Below are positions 47,029 through 55,475 of a stretch of 64,000 nt of DNA, piece by piece. How positions within the stretch are numbered: position 1 is the first letter of the stretch; every line of letters starts with the position of its first letter. Made by a program: the position numbers and the translations under genes. Below the pieces are notes generated by a model. That model saw only the letters and a list, made by a program, of their open reading frames with translations, searched no databases and was not told the DNA's origin. Location: NCBI GenBank assembly GCA_944387575.1, contig CALXFK010000070.1, positions 32,620-96,619 on the forward strand, in the 5' to 3' direction. This stretch comes from an uncultured Clostridia bacterium. Its GTDB lineage: Bacteria > Bacillota > Clostridia > Oscillospirales > JAAYOS01.

Positions 47029-48439
47029 GCGCTCCCTTTTCCGCCGTCTCAAGCTTCGGACGGTGGCACTCACGCTCGCAACTCTGATATTTGCGCAGGC
47101 AGGGGCACTTGCTGCCGGTGCGGACATGCCAGGCACCTCCGGCGCGGCGGAGGACGACCTCATTTCGCGTACCATTCTCACCGAGGCGGGGAGCATTGAG
47201 GTGTCTACATCCTGCGGCGACCTCTCCCTTCCGCGCAGCATGAGCTATCAACTTTCACTAAAGCAGAGTCTAGACGCAGAATTCACTCTCATAACACTTG
47301 AACCAGGCAAGAGCTTCTCTCTGCGTCTCGGATATGACACCCCCTCAATTTTTACTGTGGACGACGACGGGCTCGAGCAGCCCGCAGTCTACCGCGGCAG
47401 CTTCCCCGACGAGCCGTTTTTTATCCGGGCGGACGGGCGGGAACTCCTTGTTTCTCCGCCGGTCGCGTACTCCACCAGCGGATATGGGTGTGTGGAGCGG
47501 GAAACCGCTCCGCGGCTCGTCCTTGAGCGGCGTTCAGACGGATGGTATCTCTATACTAAATGCGAGGAGGACAGCGAAACCGTCTCCTCGCTCTGGTTCT
47601 TTGCGGCGGATAGCCTCGAGGGGGAGGGCGGCTACGGGTGGTACGCGAAGTGCAGCGTCGGGCTATTCGACGATACCCACCTCATGCTGGAGAGCGGGTA
47701 CTACTACCTGACGAGCGCAAACCACATTCCGAACGGCAGCAATCTGTACTACCGGATAGCCGCGCCGCACATCGCAGTCAAGCTCGCTGAGAGCGGTGAG
47801 GCGGTCGCTCAGTTACTCGGCGTCGTAATGCTCGACATCTGCCTTGCTGACCTCGGGGAGGAGGGATACGTTCCGACCGCCCCCGGTGTAGACTGGCTGA
47901 TGGAGGACTACGGCATCCAGCCAGGTTTCTTTGACACGCGGTTCAACACCGATTTTGCGCGTGCTCTGCTCACGCTCGGCGAATGGTTCGGCATAGACAG
48001 CTTCCGCTCCGCGGCGCTCACAATCGCTGAGAGCCTAGCCTCCCGCATTCCGGCGTCCGAGGATGGGAACTCATTCCTGTCCGACTATTTTAACGCTCCC
48101 GGCGCCCCCGAGCCCGACCCGCCCTCGCACACCTCGCTCAACCATCAGGCAGCCGAGGCGGTGCTCCTGTTCCGCGCAGGGATGGACGAGCAGGCGCTTA
48201 CGCTCGCGCTCGCACTCGAAAACACCGCCCCTGAGTGGATAACCTCGAGCGGCGACCTGTGGTACGCGCGCAGCGCGTCCGGCGAGTATTTCGGCACCGA
48301 CTACCCATACCTGACATATAATGACCTCCTCGCTTTGCGCGATGAGCTGGACGCCCGCTCGGTCGAGCATCCCGGTATCGACCTTCTGCTTGAGAGCAAA
48401 CTCGAGTGGATGGAGAAGAACGGAGTGGAGTACAAATAA
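47018..48439 (+). CDS. secreted hypothetical protein
   Basis: The ATG at 47018 gives the signal peptide MASKRSLFRRLKLRTVALTLATLIFAQAGALAA. It overlaps the M42 stop by 11 nt. I did not recognise a family. Confidence 0.65.
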   Translation: MASKRSLFRRLKLRTVALTLATLIFAQAGALAAGADMPGTSGAAEDDLISRTILTEAGSIEVSTSCGDLSLPRSMSYQLSLKQSLDAEFTLITLEPGKSFSLRLGYDTPSIFTVDDDGLEQPAVYRGSFPDEPFFIRADGRELLVSPPVAYSTSGYGCVERETAPRLVLERRSDGWYLYTKCEEDSETVSSLWFFAADSLEGEGGYGWYAKCSVGLFDDTHLMLESGYYYLTSANHIPNGSNLYYRIAAPHIAVKLAESGEAVAQLLGVVMLDICLADLGEEGYVPTAPGVDWLMEDYGIQPGFFDTRFNTDFARALLTLGEWFGIDSFRSAALTIAESLASRIPASEDGNSFLSDYFNAPGAPEPDPPSHTSLNHQAAEAVLLFRAGMDEQALTLALALENTAPEWITSSGDLWYARSASGEYFGTDYPYLTYNDLLALRDELDARSVEHPGIDLLLESKLEWMEKNGVEYK

Positions 48440-48526
48440 TAGAGCCGTCGCAGTTCACACGAACGACCGCTTCCAATCTACACACATCGTATCGCGTGAA
48501 TGTGTAGCGACAGCTCATAAAATACC

Positions 48527-48557
48527 AGAAAACAGGCGACATGGTCGCCTGTTTTCT
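48527..48557. terminator. bidirectional intrinsic terminator
   Basis: GAAAACAGGCGAC-atg-GTCGCCTGTTTTC. Confidence 0.8.
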
Positions 48558-48653
48558 GCACTTTTCAACAGAAATTAAAACTCTTATTATTTTCCCGTTT
48601 ACCGCTTCCGACTCAGGAACACGAACTCTTTGCCGCATTCTCTACGCATTCGT

Positions 48654-48977
48654 TTACTTTACGACCTCGATGCCGTATACTTCTGCCAATCTCGCGGGAT
48701 AGCTTTCCAGTATCCCTCCGTCGTACGCAATCAAGACGACATCTCCCACTTTCGGTTCACCGTCAGGGTCAATTTTTACTGTCGAGACTTCAATCTTATC
48801 AGAGCTTAGCCTTTCCGGGCTCCCTTCCTCGGGTTCAACAAGCAAATATCCGTCTCCGACCTCAAGGACCGTTGCCTCAAATCTCGAGCTCTCATTGTTA
48901 TCGTTATCGTTATCGGCACCATCTGCGGCGCAGCCCGTCACCGATACCACAAGCATCACCGCGATGCACAACGCCAA
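48654..48977 (-). CDS. small lipoprotein-like protein (start problematic, possibly frameshifted)
   Basis: The lipobox is VSVTGC, followed by DNDNDNN and a beta-rich body. The track start is a TTG with no charged n-region. A well-placed ATG at 48994-48992, after GGGAGGGG, is out of frame. Confidence 0.5.
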   Translation of the reverse strand: MALCIAVMLVVSVTGCAADGADNDNDNNESSRFEATVLEVGDGYLLVEPEEGSPERLSSDKIEVSTVKIDPDGEPKVGDVVLIAYDGGILESYPARLAEVYGIEVVK

Positions 48978-49084
48978 TATCCGACTTACGCCATGACCCC
49001 TCCCGAATATATTTACACTTATATAGACGCCATTCCCTCCCGAATGTTTCGTCTTTTCCCGTGATCAAGACAATTTCCACAGAG

Positions 49085-49116
49085 AGCGGAGCAGGCACTT
49101 GTGCGCCCGCTCCGCT
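49085..49116. other. G+C-rich hairpin just beyond the endolysin stop
   Basis: AGCGGAGC-16 nt-GCTCCGCT. The T-rich tract lies on the plus-strand side only. Confidence 0.35.
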
Positions 49117-49123
49117 TTCATTT

Positions 49124-49762
49124 TTACTTTTCCGCGTTCAGTGCGCGGTACAGGAACACGAGCACCTCACGGCGGGTCGCCGCCTCATCGAGTCTCAGAT
49201 CACCACCCGGAGTTCCGAGCAGCACCCCGCTCTCCTGTGCCCACTTCACCGCATCCGCAGAATAGTCAGTCTGCGTTCCTCCGGTCTGTACATCCCCCGC
49301 ACGGATCTCTGAAAATCTGCTGCGGAATTTAGCCAACGGGAAGTTCTTGCCTGGGCAAGCAGTTGCGGCTAGTTCGCCGTGCGTCTTGAGCTCGACAATT
49401 TCATAGCGCGAGCAGATATCCGCGAGCAGTTCAAGCCCGGCAGTGAGCTGTGCGTCCGGCATGGTGTCCTTCTCGAAGTTCCCCTCGAAGCAGACCCCGA
49501 TGCTGTGGAGGTTGTAACCGTTCGACGCACCCGCGTGAGACCCGGCGTATTTTTCCGGTCTACCGCGCCAGACCTCGCCGTTTTTACGGACGTAGTAGTG
49601 GTAACCTATACCCCACCATCCCTGTGCGAGGTGCTGTGCGTGTATTGAATTCACGTCCCCGGCTCCGGCGCGATGGTGCAGTACCACCGCGTCGATCTTT
49701 TCCTGCACCCCAGCCGAAGGGGCGGCGCCACTGAATGTGAGCCCGGCATCAAGAATTTTCAC
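49124..49762 (-). CDS. endolysin: N-acetylmuramoyl-L-alanine amidase (Amidase_2/PGRP) with one SLH-like C-terminal motif
   Basis: VVLHH.A, GWWGIGYHYYV.KNG and H.E...T.CPG are present. The C-terminus is DAVKWAQESGVLLG...LRLDEAATRREVLVFLYRAL. The start is GTG, after AAGGAGA. Confidence 0.85.
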   Translation of the reverse strand: MKILDAGLTFSGAAPSAGVQEKIDAVVLHHRAGAGDVNSIHAQHLAQGWWGIGYHYYVRKNGEVWRGRPEKYAGSHAGASNGYNLHSIGVCFEGNFEKDTMPDAQLTAGLELLADICSRYEIVELKTHGELAATACPGKNFPLAKFRSRFSEIRAGDVQTGGTQTDYSADAVKWAQESGVLLGTPGGDLRLDEAATRREVLVFLYRALNAEK

Positions 49763-49765
49763 CCG

Positions 49766-49951
49766 TCACGTCTCCTTTCTGCGCGTGAAAAAGTAGGTTA
49801 TTACCGCACCATAGCTGGTGCAGTAGAGCGCAAGAAGCTCGCTTGGCGGGTTGGACCCGCTGAACAGCATCACAACTAGCGCCCCCGTCATTACGAGCGT
49901 CACAATGCTCTTTACGTCGATCAGCGCTGCAATCTTTTCCGACAGCTTCAT
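49766..49951 (-). CDS. holin (two TM segments, basic C-terminus)
   Basis: It is 61 aa and ends in RRKET. It lies immediately upstream of the endolysin gene. Confidence 0.7.
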   Translation of the reverse strand: MKLSEKIAALIDVKSIVTLVMTGALVVMLFSGSNPPSELLALYCTSYGAVITYFFTRRKET

Positions 49952-49972
49952 CTCTTCCTCCCCCCGTCCTTT

Positions 49973-50176
49973 CTATGCGTCTTGCGCGGGTGTGTGGCGC
50001 AGCTCATCCAACCTGCGCTCAACCCCTTCCCGCCACTCTTCCAGCCTGTAAGTGCGCTCAAGCACCGAATTGTGCCGTTCTACCTTCTTCTCAAGCGCCG
50101 CTATTCTCGCGAGTATCGCGCCCGCTGTCGCGGCAAGCCCGAGCAGGTAAATTACCATTTCAAGTGAAAAGGTCAT
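49973..50176 (-). CDS. small membrane/coiled-coil protein of the lysis cassette (XhlA-like role)
   Basis: The ATG at 50176 follows GGAGGGAGAG. An N-terminal TM segment (MTFSLEMVIYLLGLAATAGAIL) is followed by heptad-like LEKKVERHNSVLE. Confidence 0.55.
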   Translation of the reverse strand: MTFSLEMVIYLLGLAATAGAILARIAALEKKVERHNSVLERTYRLEEWREGVERRLDELRHTPAQDA

Positions 50177-50224
50177 CTCTCTCCCTCCGCACAAGTCCGC
50201 ACCTCATTCTACGCCGCCACACGG

Positions 50225-51385
50225 CTACCGGTGCGAATCATTCTGCTCATAAAGTAGGCTCCACAGCTTTGAGAAGTTCTCGTCACTGATATAGCGCGAG
50301 TTCTGCTCGAGCCATCTCTCTGGGTCATCCGACGAGAGCATCTCCTCACGCAGCTTGTTGAGCTCGCTTTCCGCCTTTGTGGTGGTGTTCTTACCACCGT
50401 CGCCTTCATCATCATCTTGGTCATCGTCGTCGTCCTTATCCTTTCCGCTTTCGGCGCGTTTGAGCGCATCCTGCCAGCGGTCATAGGCGAGCTCATCGGC
50501 ATACCGCTCATCCTCTACCGAGTCGCGCCAGCGGTCGTATGCGAGTTCATTTGCGTACCGCTCATCCGCGATGGTGTCCCGACCTCGCTCGTAAGCGAGT
50601 TCGTCGGCATACCGCTCGTCAGCGATGGTGTCCCGACCGCGCTCGTAAGCAAGCTCGTCGGCATACCGCTCGTCCGCGATGGTGTCCCGACCACGCTCGT
50701 AGGCGAGCTCGTCGGCATACCTCGCATCCTCGATCTCGTCGCGCGAAAGCGCATAACGGTAATCTCGGTCACTCTCCCAGCGCGCGTAATCTGCGGCATC
50801 CGCCTCCATGAGTGCTGAGAGCCGGTCGTACTCGCGAGCATACTCGTCCGCATACATCTCATAGGCGAGCGACGCAAGCTCAGGGATTTTGTCGGTGAGC
50901 TGGGCGTTGTAATAGTTCTGCGCCTGCTGTGCGGCGCTCACCGCCCAGCTGGATGGCATGCCCCCGGTGAGCGCCGCCGCTGACCCCATCGTGTCACGCG
51001 CAGCCCTGTCCCCTTCACGCAGGTACTGCTTGCGATAGGACGAATAGAGCGGGTCGCTCTCAGGAGAGTAGCTAAACTCGCGGAAATTGGCGAGGTTCTG
51101 AAGTGCCTGGCGCACCTCGTCGGTGTATCCCTCCCTGTCCCCGTATCGCTCCGGGGAGATGTACTCTACCGACCCGTCTATACTCACGCTGCGCGTCCCG
51201 TCGGACAGACGCCATGTACCGCTCTCACCGTCGTATACCGACCTGCCGCCGGTCAGCGCGTCCATAGCGCCCGCAAGCTCGGCGTTCCGGCTGCGCAGCC
51301 GCTCGCGCTCCTCCTCCGATGCATCGTGCCACGCATTCGAGTTGCGCTGCATTTCGGAAATTATGCTTTCTCTTGTTCGTGCCAT
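50225..51385 (-). CDS. phage protein carrying 18-aa tandem repeats and an acidic tract
   Basis: ERYADELAYERGRDTIAD occurs three times near-identically, with degenerate flanking copies. A KDKDDDDDQDDDEGDG tract follows. I chose the ATG at 51385. Confidence 0.7.
   Translation of the reverse strand: MARTRESIISEMQRNSNAWHDASEEERERLRSRNAELAGAMDALTGGRSVYDGESGTWRLSDGTRSVSIDGSVEYISPERYGDREGYTDEVRQALQNLANFREFSYSPESDPLYSSYRKQYLREGDRAARDTMGSAAALTGGMPSSWAVSAAQQAQNYYNAQLTDKIPELASLAYEMYADEYAREYDRLSALMEADAADYARWESDRDYRYALSRDEIEDARYADELAYERGRDTIADERYADELAYERGRDTIADERYADELAYERGRDTIADERYANELAYDRWRDSVEDERYADELAYDRWQDALKRAESGKDKDDDDDQDDDEGDGGKNTTTKAESELNKLREEMLSSDDPERWLEQNSRYISDENFSKLWSLLYEQNDSHR
50445..50768. 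repeat. 54-bp tandem repeat array (about 6 copies, the 3 central ones near-identical)
   Basis: Units start at 50445, 50499, 50553, 50607, 50661 and 50715, for example gcataccgctcgtc[a/c]gcgatggtgtcccgacc[g/a]cgctcgta[a/g]gc[a/g]agctcgtcg. The differences between the central copies are mostly synonymous. Confidence 0.85.
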
Positions 51386-51416
51386 GCCTCTTCTCACTTT
51401 CCACCGCGCGGCGCGC

Positions 51417-51773
51417 TCACAGGATCACCCTGCTGCTCGCCGGTCGGTTCTTCCTCAGGTAATAGCGGGCGTATTCGCCGCAGAGCTCGTTGAACATGCG
51501 TGAGCTTGCAGCATATGCGTCCCACTCAGTGTCCGCAAAGTCTATCTGGGCGGCGAGATATACCGGGTACAGTCCGTCAAACGGTGGGGGAACGAGCAGC
51601 TCAACATTCCCCTCCGCCTCGGTGTACACCGGCGTACCCTCTTCTGCGCCGCAGACCACCCCGAGGTACAGCCGCCCATCCAGCGAGTTGAGCCACGCGG
51701 TTTTCTGCGCCGCAGTGTATGGATTTGCGGGGCGCAGCGCGTCGACCCCCGCGATCGCCTGTGTTATCGTCAT
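51417..51773 (-). CDS. phage hypothetical protein
   Basis: It is 118 aa with an ATG start and sits in the co-oriented structural block. Confidence 0.6.
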   Translation of the reverse strand: MTITQAIAGVDALRPANPYTAAQKTAWLNSLDGRLYLGVVCGAEEGTPVYTEAEGNVELLVPPPFDGLYPVYLAAQIDFADTEWDAYAASSRMFNELCGEYARYYLRKNRPASSRVIL

Positions 51774-51877
51774 TTTTTACCCCTCCTGTGCTCCTATTTC
51801 GCGCCGTATATCTCCAGGCAGCGGTGCGGGGAGATTGGTAATGCCGCCGCCTTTCGTTTCTTCTACTTTGTTTTCTA

Positions 51878-53446
51878 TCACTGTGACGCGGTCACCCGCG
51901 ACGCTATCCTGCCCACCTTCACTTCTCCTGCTCCGCTCAGTCTGAGCTGCCAGCGGTCGCAGCGGCGGGGCACTATCCGCAGTTTCCGAAGAGCGCCAGA
52001 CGGCGACGCCGCCACCGACTGCACCGTCTCGAACTCTCCCCCGTCACAGCTCAACGCCACCGATACCGACGCTCCCGGTGCGAGCGAAAGCCTTAGCTCG
52101 ACCGCACCAAGCCTCTTGAAACCCGTATCCGCAAGGGTGCACTCCCCGAGCGTCGCCTCCCAGGTCACCGGCTCTTCCGTGCTCTCGCCCTCCACCGGCG
52201 CCCCGCTTACCCGCACGAGCCCTCCCGCGGCGGTCAGCATAACGAGCGCCCCGCCGTGCATGAACAATGCCGCCGCATCACTTGAGTCCTCGCGGTACCA
52301 CTCGCCGTTGCGGGTATCGAGCACATACAGCGAACGCTGACCGTCTAGTGCACAGCTCACGTAGTACTTCACGCCGTCGCTGCCCGCGACCGCTCCGCTG
52401 GCGCGCGCCGTTCCAAACGAATCACTTACCCGCGACGGCTCTCCGCCGGTGTATGCCACAAAGCCCGCGCGGCTCAGATAGTAGAGCGTCTCCCCCGCGA
52501 CCGCGAGCGACGCCGCACTACCCGGCTCCACCCCAAGTGTGAACGACGCCATAAGCTGGTACTTCGAGGGCGAAGAGCCATAGACCTTGTATATCGCGTC
52601 CCGCTTAAAGAAAGTCGGGTAGCCCATGTATGTCGTACACGCAGTAAATTCACCCGCAGAACCACTCTGCACCGCGTAGCTGTCGGTGCTCAGCCCCTCG
52701 AAGCGGTTCCAGTTGAACGGGTCTCCAAGAGCACAGGCATAGATCGTGTCTCCGCTGCATCCCCAGAGCCGGTTTTCGCAGGCGCAGATGAAATCAAGCT
52801 CCGGCATACTCCGTGAAAGCGTAACTGCGCTTTCGCTCTGCGAGCTTCCTTCGAGCGTAAATGTGTTTTCGTAAAACCGGAGCGTCTTTGCATCCTCGCT
52901 CACCTCTCGGACGACCGCGCTTCGGTTATTGCCGGGGTTGGTCATGCCGGTTATCGTGATCGCATCCCCGACTTTAAAGGGAAGCGCGACCGAGGCTGTG
53001 AGGGTGTTTGCCTTCGCACTCTCGCCGGCATAAGTGCCGTCGGACAGGGTGAGGGGACCGATGTACTCAGCCTCAAGCGGGCTCACCTCAAACTCAGAAC
53101 TCACACACAATTTCTCGGGCAGTACCACAAGCCGCCCGCTCATCTCGCAGAAGGTGTGGGCACACTGCTCAAGCCCGGTGTACACAGTCTCACCGTCTGC
53201 TGTCAGCGTCCCGCCGGACGCCGCGACTATCTTCCCCGCAAACGAGGTAGCGCCCCCCTGCGAGGTGACGCTGCCGAGCAGTCCGCGGCGCGCGCGCGGC
53301 GCAAGCATCGGCGCGTGGTCGCCCGACATGTTCGTCGCGGCGGACATCCGGCGTTCACTGCAAGAACCGGACATGTCAAGCCCGCCAAAGCCATCCAGCA
53401 TAAGCCGACCCGGCGCACCCTGTACCGGAAGTGTAGGAAGTTTCAC
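51878..53446 (-). CDS. phage structural protein (beta-rich; tail or particle-associated, function unknown)
   Basis: It is 522 aa. The GTG start overlaps the upstream stop (GTGA). The call rests on position in the module only. Confidence 0.6.
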   Translation of the reverse strand: MKLPTLPVQGAPGRLMLDGFGGLDMSGSCSERRMSAATNMSGDHAPMLAPRARRGLLGSVTSQGGATSFAGKIVAASGGTLTADGETVYTGLEQCAHTFCEMSGRLVVLPEKLCVSSEFEVSPLEAEYIGPLTLSDGTYAGESAKANTLTASVALPFKVGDAITITGMTNPGNNRSAVVREVSEDAKTLRFYENTFTLEGSSQSESAVTLSRSMPELDFICACENRLWGCSGDTIYACALGDPFNWNRFEGLSTDSYAVQSGSAGEFTACTTYMGYPTFFKRDAIYKVYGSSPSKYQLMASFTLGVEPGSAASLAVAGETLYYLSRAGFVAYTGGEPSRVSDSFGTARASGAVAGSDGVKYYVSCALDGQRSLYVLDTRNGEWYREDSSDAAALFMHGGALVMLTAAGGLVRVSGAPVEGESTEEPVTWEATLGECTLADTGFKRLGAVELRLSLAPGASVSVALSCDGGEFETVQSVAASPSGALRKLRIVPRRCDRWQLRLSGAGEVKVGRIASRVTASQ

Positions 53447-53805
53447 AGACTGTCACCTACCTCTATTGCGGAGAGCAGTTCCTCCGGGAACGCTACCCGC
53501 TCCGCCCCCTCCGGTAGCTGCGCATTGTACATCTCCTCTGCGAGCTTCACCACCCGCCTGCGCGCGCAGCTCTCCACACTTCCTCCCTGCATGTCCTCGC
53601 CCGCTCTCCCCACGAAAAAGGGCACCCCGCGGTGTACGTCTCCTATCAGATAGGCGCGCTCTCCCTCCGGTATGTGCAGCGCGTGCCGGAACTGCTCAGC
53701 CGTAAACGTGCCCGTCGAACAGCGCACGTCGCTTGTCCCGTCCCAGACCGCCGCGCACAGCCCCCGCAGTATCTCATCGTATGTCCTCATCCAGCTCTCC
53801 TCCAT
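53443..53805 (-). CDS. phage hypothetical protein
   Basis: It is 120 aa, and its ATG follows GAGCGGAGA. Confidence 0.55.
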   Translation of the reverse strand: MEESWMRTYDEILRGLCAAVWDGTSDVRCSTGTFTAEQFRHALHIPEGERAYLIGDVHRGVPFFVGRAGEDMQGGSVESCARRRVVKLAEEMYNAQLPEGAERVAFPEELLSAIEVGDSL

Positions 53806-53833
53806 TCTCCGCTCACCTTTGATATGTCCACGC

Positions 53834-55075
53834 CTATGCGTCCGTACCCCACGTCTGCCACTCCGTTCCGTTACCTACACTGCACGCCGCATCACGCAGC
53901 TTTCCGTCCTCAGAGATGTAGACCGCAGCGAGAGGGATATCACAGTTTTCGGCAATGCTGAAACTTCCCTTTGCCGGGCTGCAGACCACCACCACCTCTC
54001 CGGTGAGCCATTCAGTGGACGGCACGAGCTCCAGCCGGTACACCGTTGCGGAATAGCTCCCATCGCTTGTCGAGCTTCCGCCAGTCAACCACAGGCTCCC
54101 ACCGTCCTGCGCAAGCGCGTACTGCGTCATGTTGCTCATTCCGGTCGGCGCACCCTCGCTCCACTCGTCACTCTGAGCATTGTACACCAGTAGATCGGAT
54201 CCTCCGGTCGTGCGCGGAGTGCCCACCGTATAGAGAGAACCTCCGAAAGACGCGCCTCGGCAGCTTGTCATAGTTCCCGGAGGGGCTGCACACTCGCTCC
54301 ATGTTGCTGTCTCCTCCGAATAGCGATAGCAGTTTTGCAGGTACGTGCTGCTCGTCCTCCCAAGCGCCACATACAGGTCACCGGACACCGCCTCACAGGC
54401 GTGCTCATACCTGCCGACCGGCATATTCGAGAGCTGAGTGAACGACCCGCTCTCTATGTCGAACTGCCAGAACGCCTGTGGCGCACCATTACCTCCGGTG
54501 ACGTAGATCTTCCCGTTTAGCAGCGCGGCGCCGTAGCTCGTTGCCCTTGTCGCCGACCACTTCGCCACCTGCGTCCAGCTATCCAGCTCGGGCGAATACA
54601 TATACCACTCCTCCTGCCCTGACGAGTACCCGTGCAGCATGTACAGCGCCTTGCCGTCGGTAACGCACTGTGCCCACGTGCGCGACTCGGGCAGCGGCGC
54701 TATCACACTGCACACGCCGGTCGCGGTGTCATACGAGCAGCATTCGGTCGTCTGTCCGCTCGTTTTCATTCCGCTGATTATATAAACCTTACCCCCTATA
54801 GCCTCGGAGGCATGATACCCCCGCCCGGCGCTGAGCGGCTCCGCCTGCGTCCACGCCTCACCTGTCGGTCTGGTGGGCAGTTCGGGCAGTACGTATACCT
54901 CCCCCGTCGCCGCCGTGTCGCTTACCCACAGTCCAACCGTCTCTTCCGGCTGTTCGGGCTGGACATATATCCGCAGCGGCGATGCGACCGGCGCTGGCGC
55001 CGGCACCACCGACACCTCGTAGCCCGCTATCGCGGCAAGCGTGTCCAGCGCCACCCGCCTGTAATCGCTTATCAT
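53834..55075 (-). CDS. phage Kelch-repeat beta-propeller protein (candidate receptor-binding or tail-fibre protein)
   Basis: About five repeats follow the Kelch pattern (G..ha...gkiYv.GG......y....d.W). Examples are AIGGKVYIISG, TDGKALYMLHG, LLNGKIYVTGG, AVSGDLYVALG and SFGGSLYTVG. The ATG at 55075 follows GGGGGAGG. Confidence 0.7.
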   Translation of the reverse strand: MISDYRRVALDTLAAIAGYEVSVVPAPAPVASPLRIYVQPEQPEETVGLWVSDTAATGEVYVLPELPTRPTGEAWTQAEPLSAGRGYHASEAIGGKVYIISGMKTSGQTTECCSYDTATGVCSVIAPLPESRTWAQCVTDGKALYMLHGYSSGQEEWYMYSPELDSWTQVAKWSATRATSYGAALLNGKIYVTGGNGAPQAFWQFDIESGSFTQLSNMPVGRYEHACEAVSGDLYVALGRTSSTYLQNCYRYSEETATWSECAAPPGTMTSCRGASFGGSLYTVGTPRTTGGSDLLVYNAQSDEWSEGAPTGMSNMTQYALAQDGGSLWLTGGSSTSDGSYSATVYRLELVPSTEWLTGEVVVVCSPAKGSFSIAENCDIPLAAVYISEDGKLRDAACSVGNGTEWQTWGTDA

Positions 55076-55160
55076 GTCAACTACCTCCCCCCATTTGCAC
55101 TTTCCACCCCACACTCCCGGAGCAGAGCGGAGTTCCAGGGGCGGGTCTTTGCCGCCCCAC

Positions 55161-55475
55161 TTAGCCCTGGTCCTCCGTTTCAACACCGCTCTCGGTCTGA
55201 GAGTAGATCGCCTCCACCGGCGTTATCCGAATCTCGGTACCGTTGTACAGGCAGGTGTACACCACTCCGTCCGCGATGTCCAGCCCGATGAGCGCGTACT
55301 CAAATACCGCAGCCTCGCTTCGCCCGCTATACTCCACATCCAGCCTCCCCGCAAAGTCGCTGTACTTCCGGGAACGCATTGCGTCTATCGGCGCGTACCG
55401 CCCGCCGTCTACTACACTGTATCTCGCAAGCGCCAGCGCCGCCGCCTGCATCACCTGCTCCGCGCTGAGACTCAT
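55161..55475 (-). CDS. phage hypothetical protein
   Basis: It is 104 aa. An ATGA junction overlaps the upstream gene. Confidence 0.55.
   Translation of the reverse strand: MSLSAEQVMQAAALALARYSVVDGGRYAPIDAMRSRKYSDFAGRLDVEYSGRSEAAVFEYALIGLDIADGVVYTCLYNGTEIRITPVEAIYSQTESGVETEDQG

Noticed and set aside
44607-47241. Two long minus-strand ORFs (44607-45992 and 45865-47241).
   Set aside because: They are antisense shadows of dapL and the M42 peptidase gene, and their composition is Arg/Ala-rich junk.
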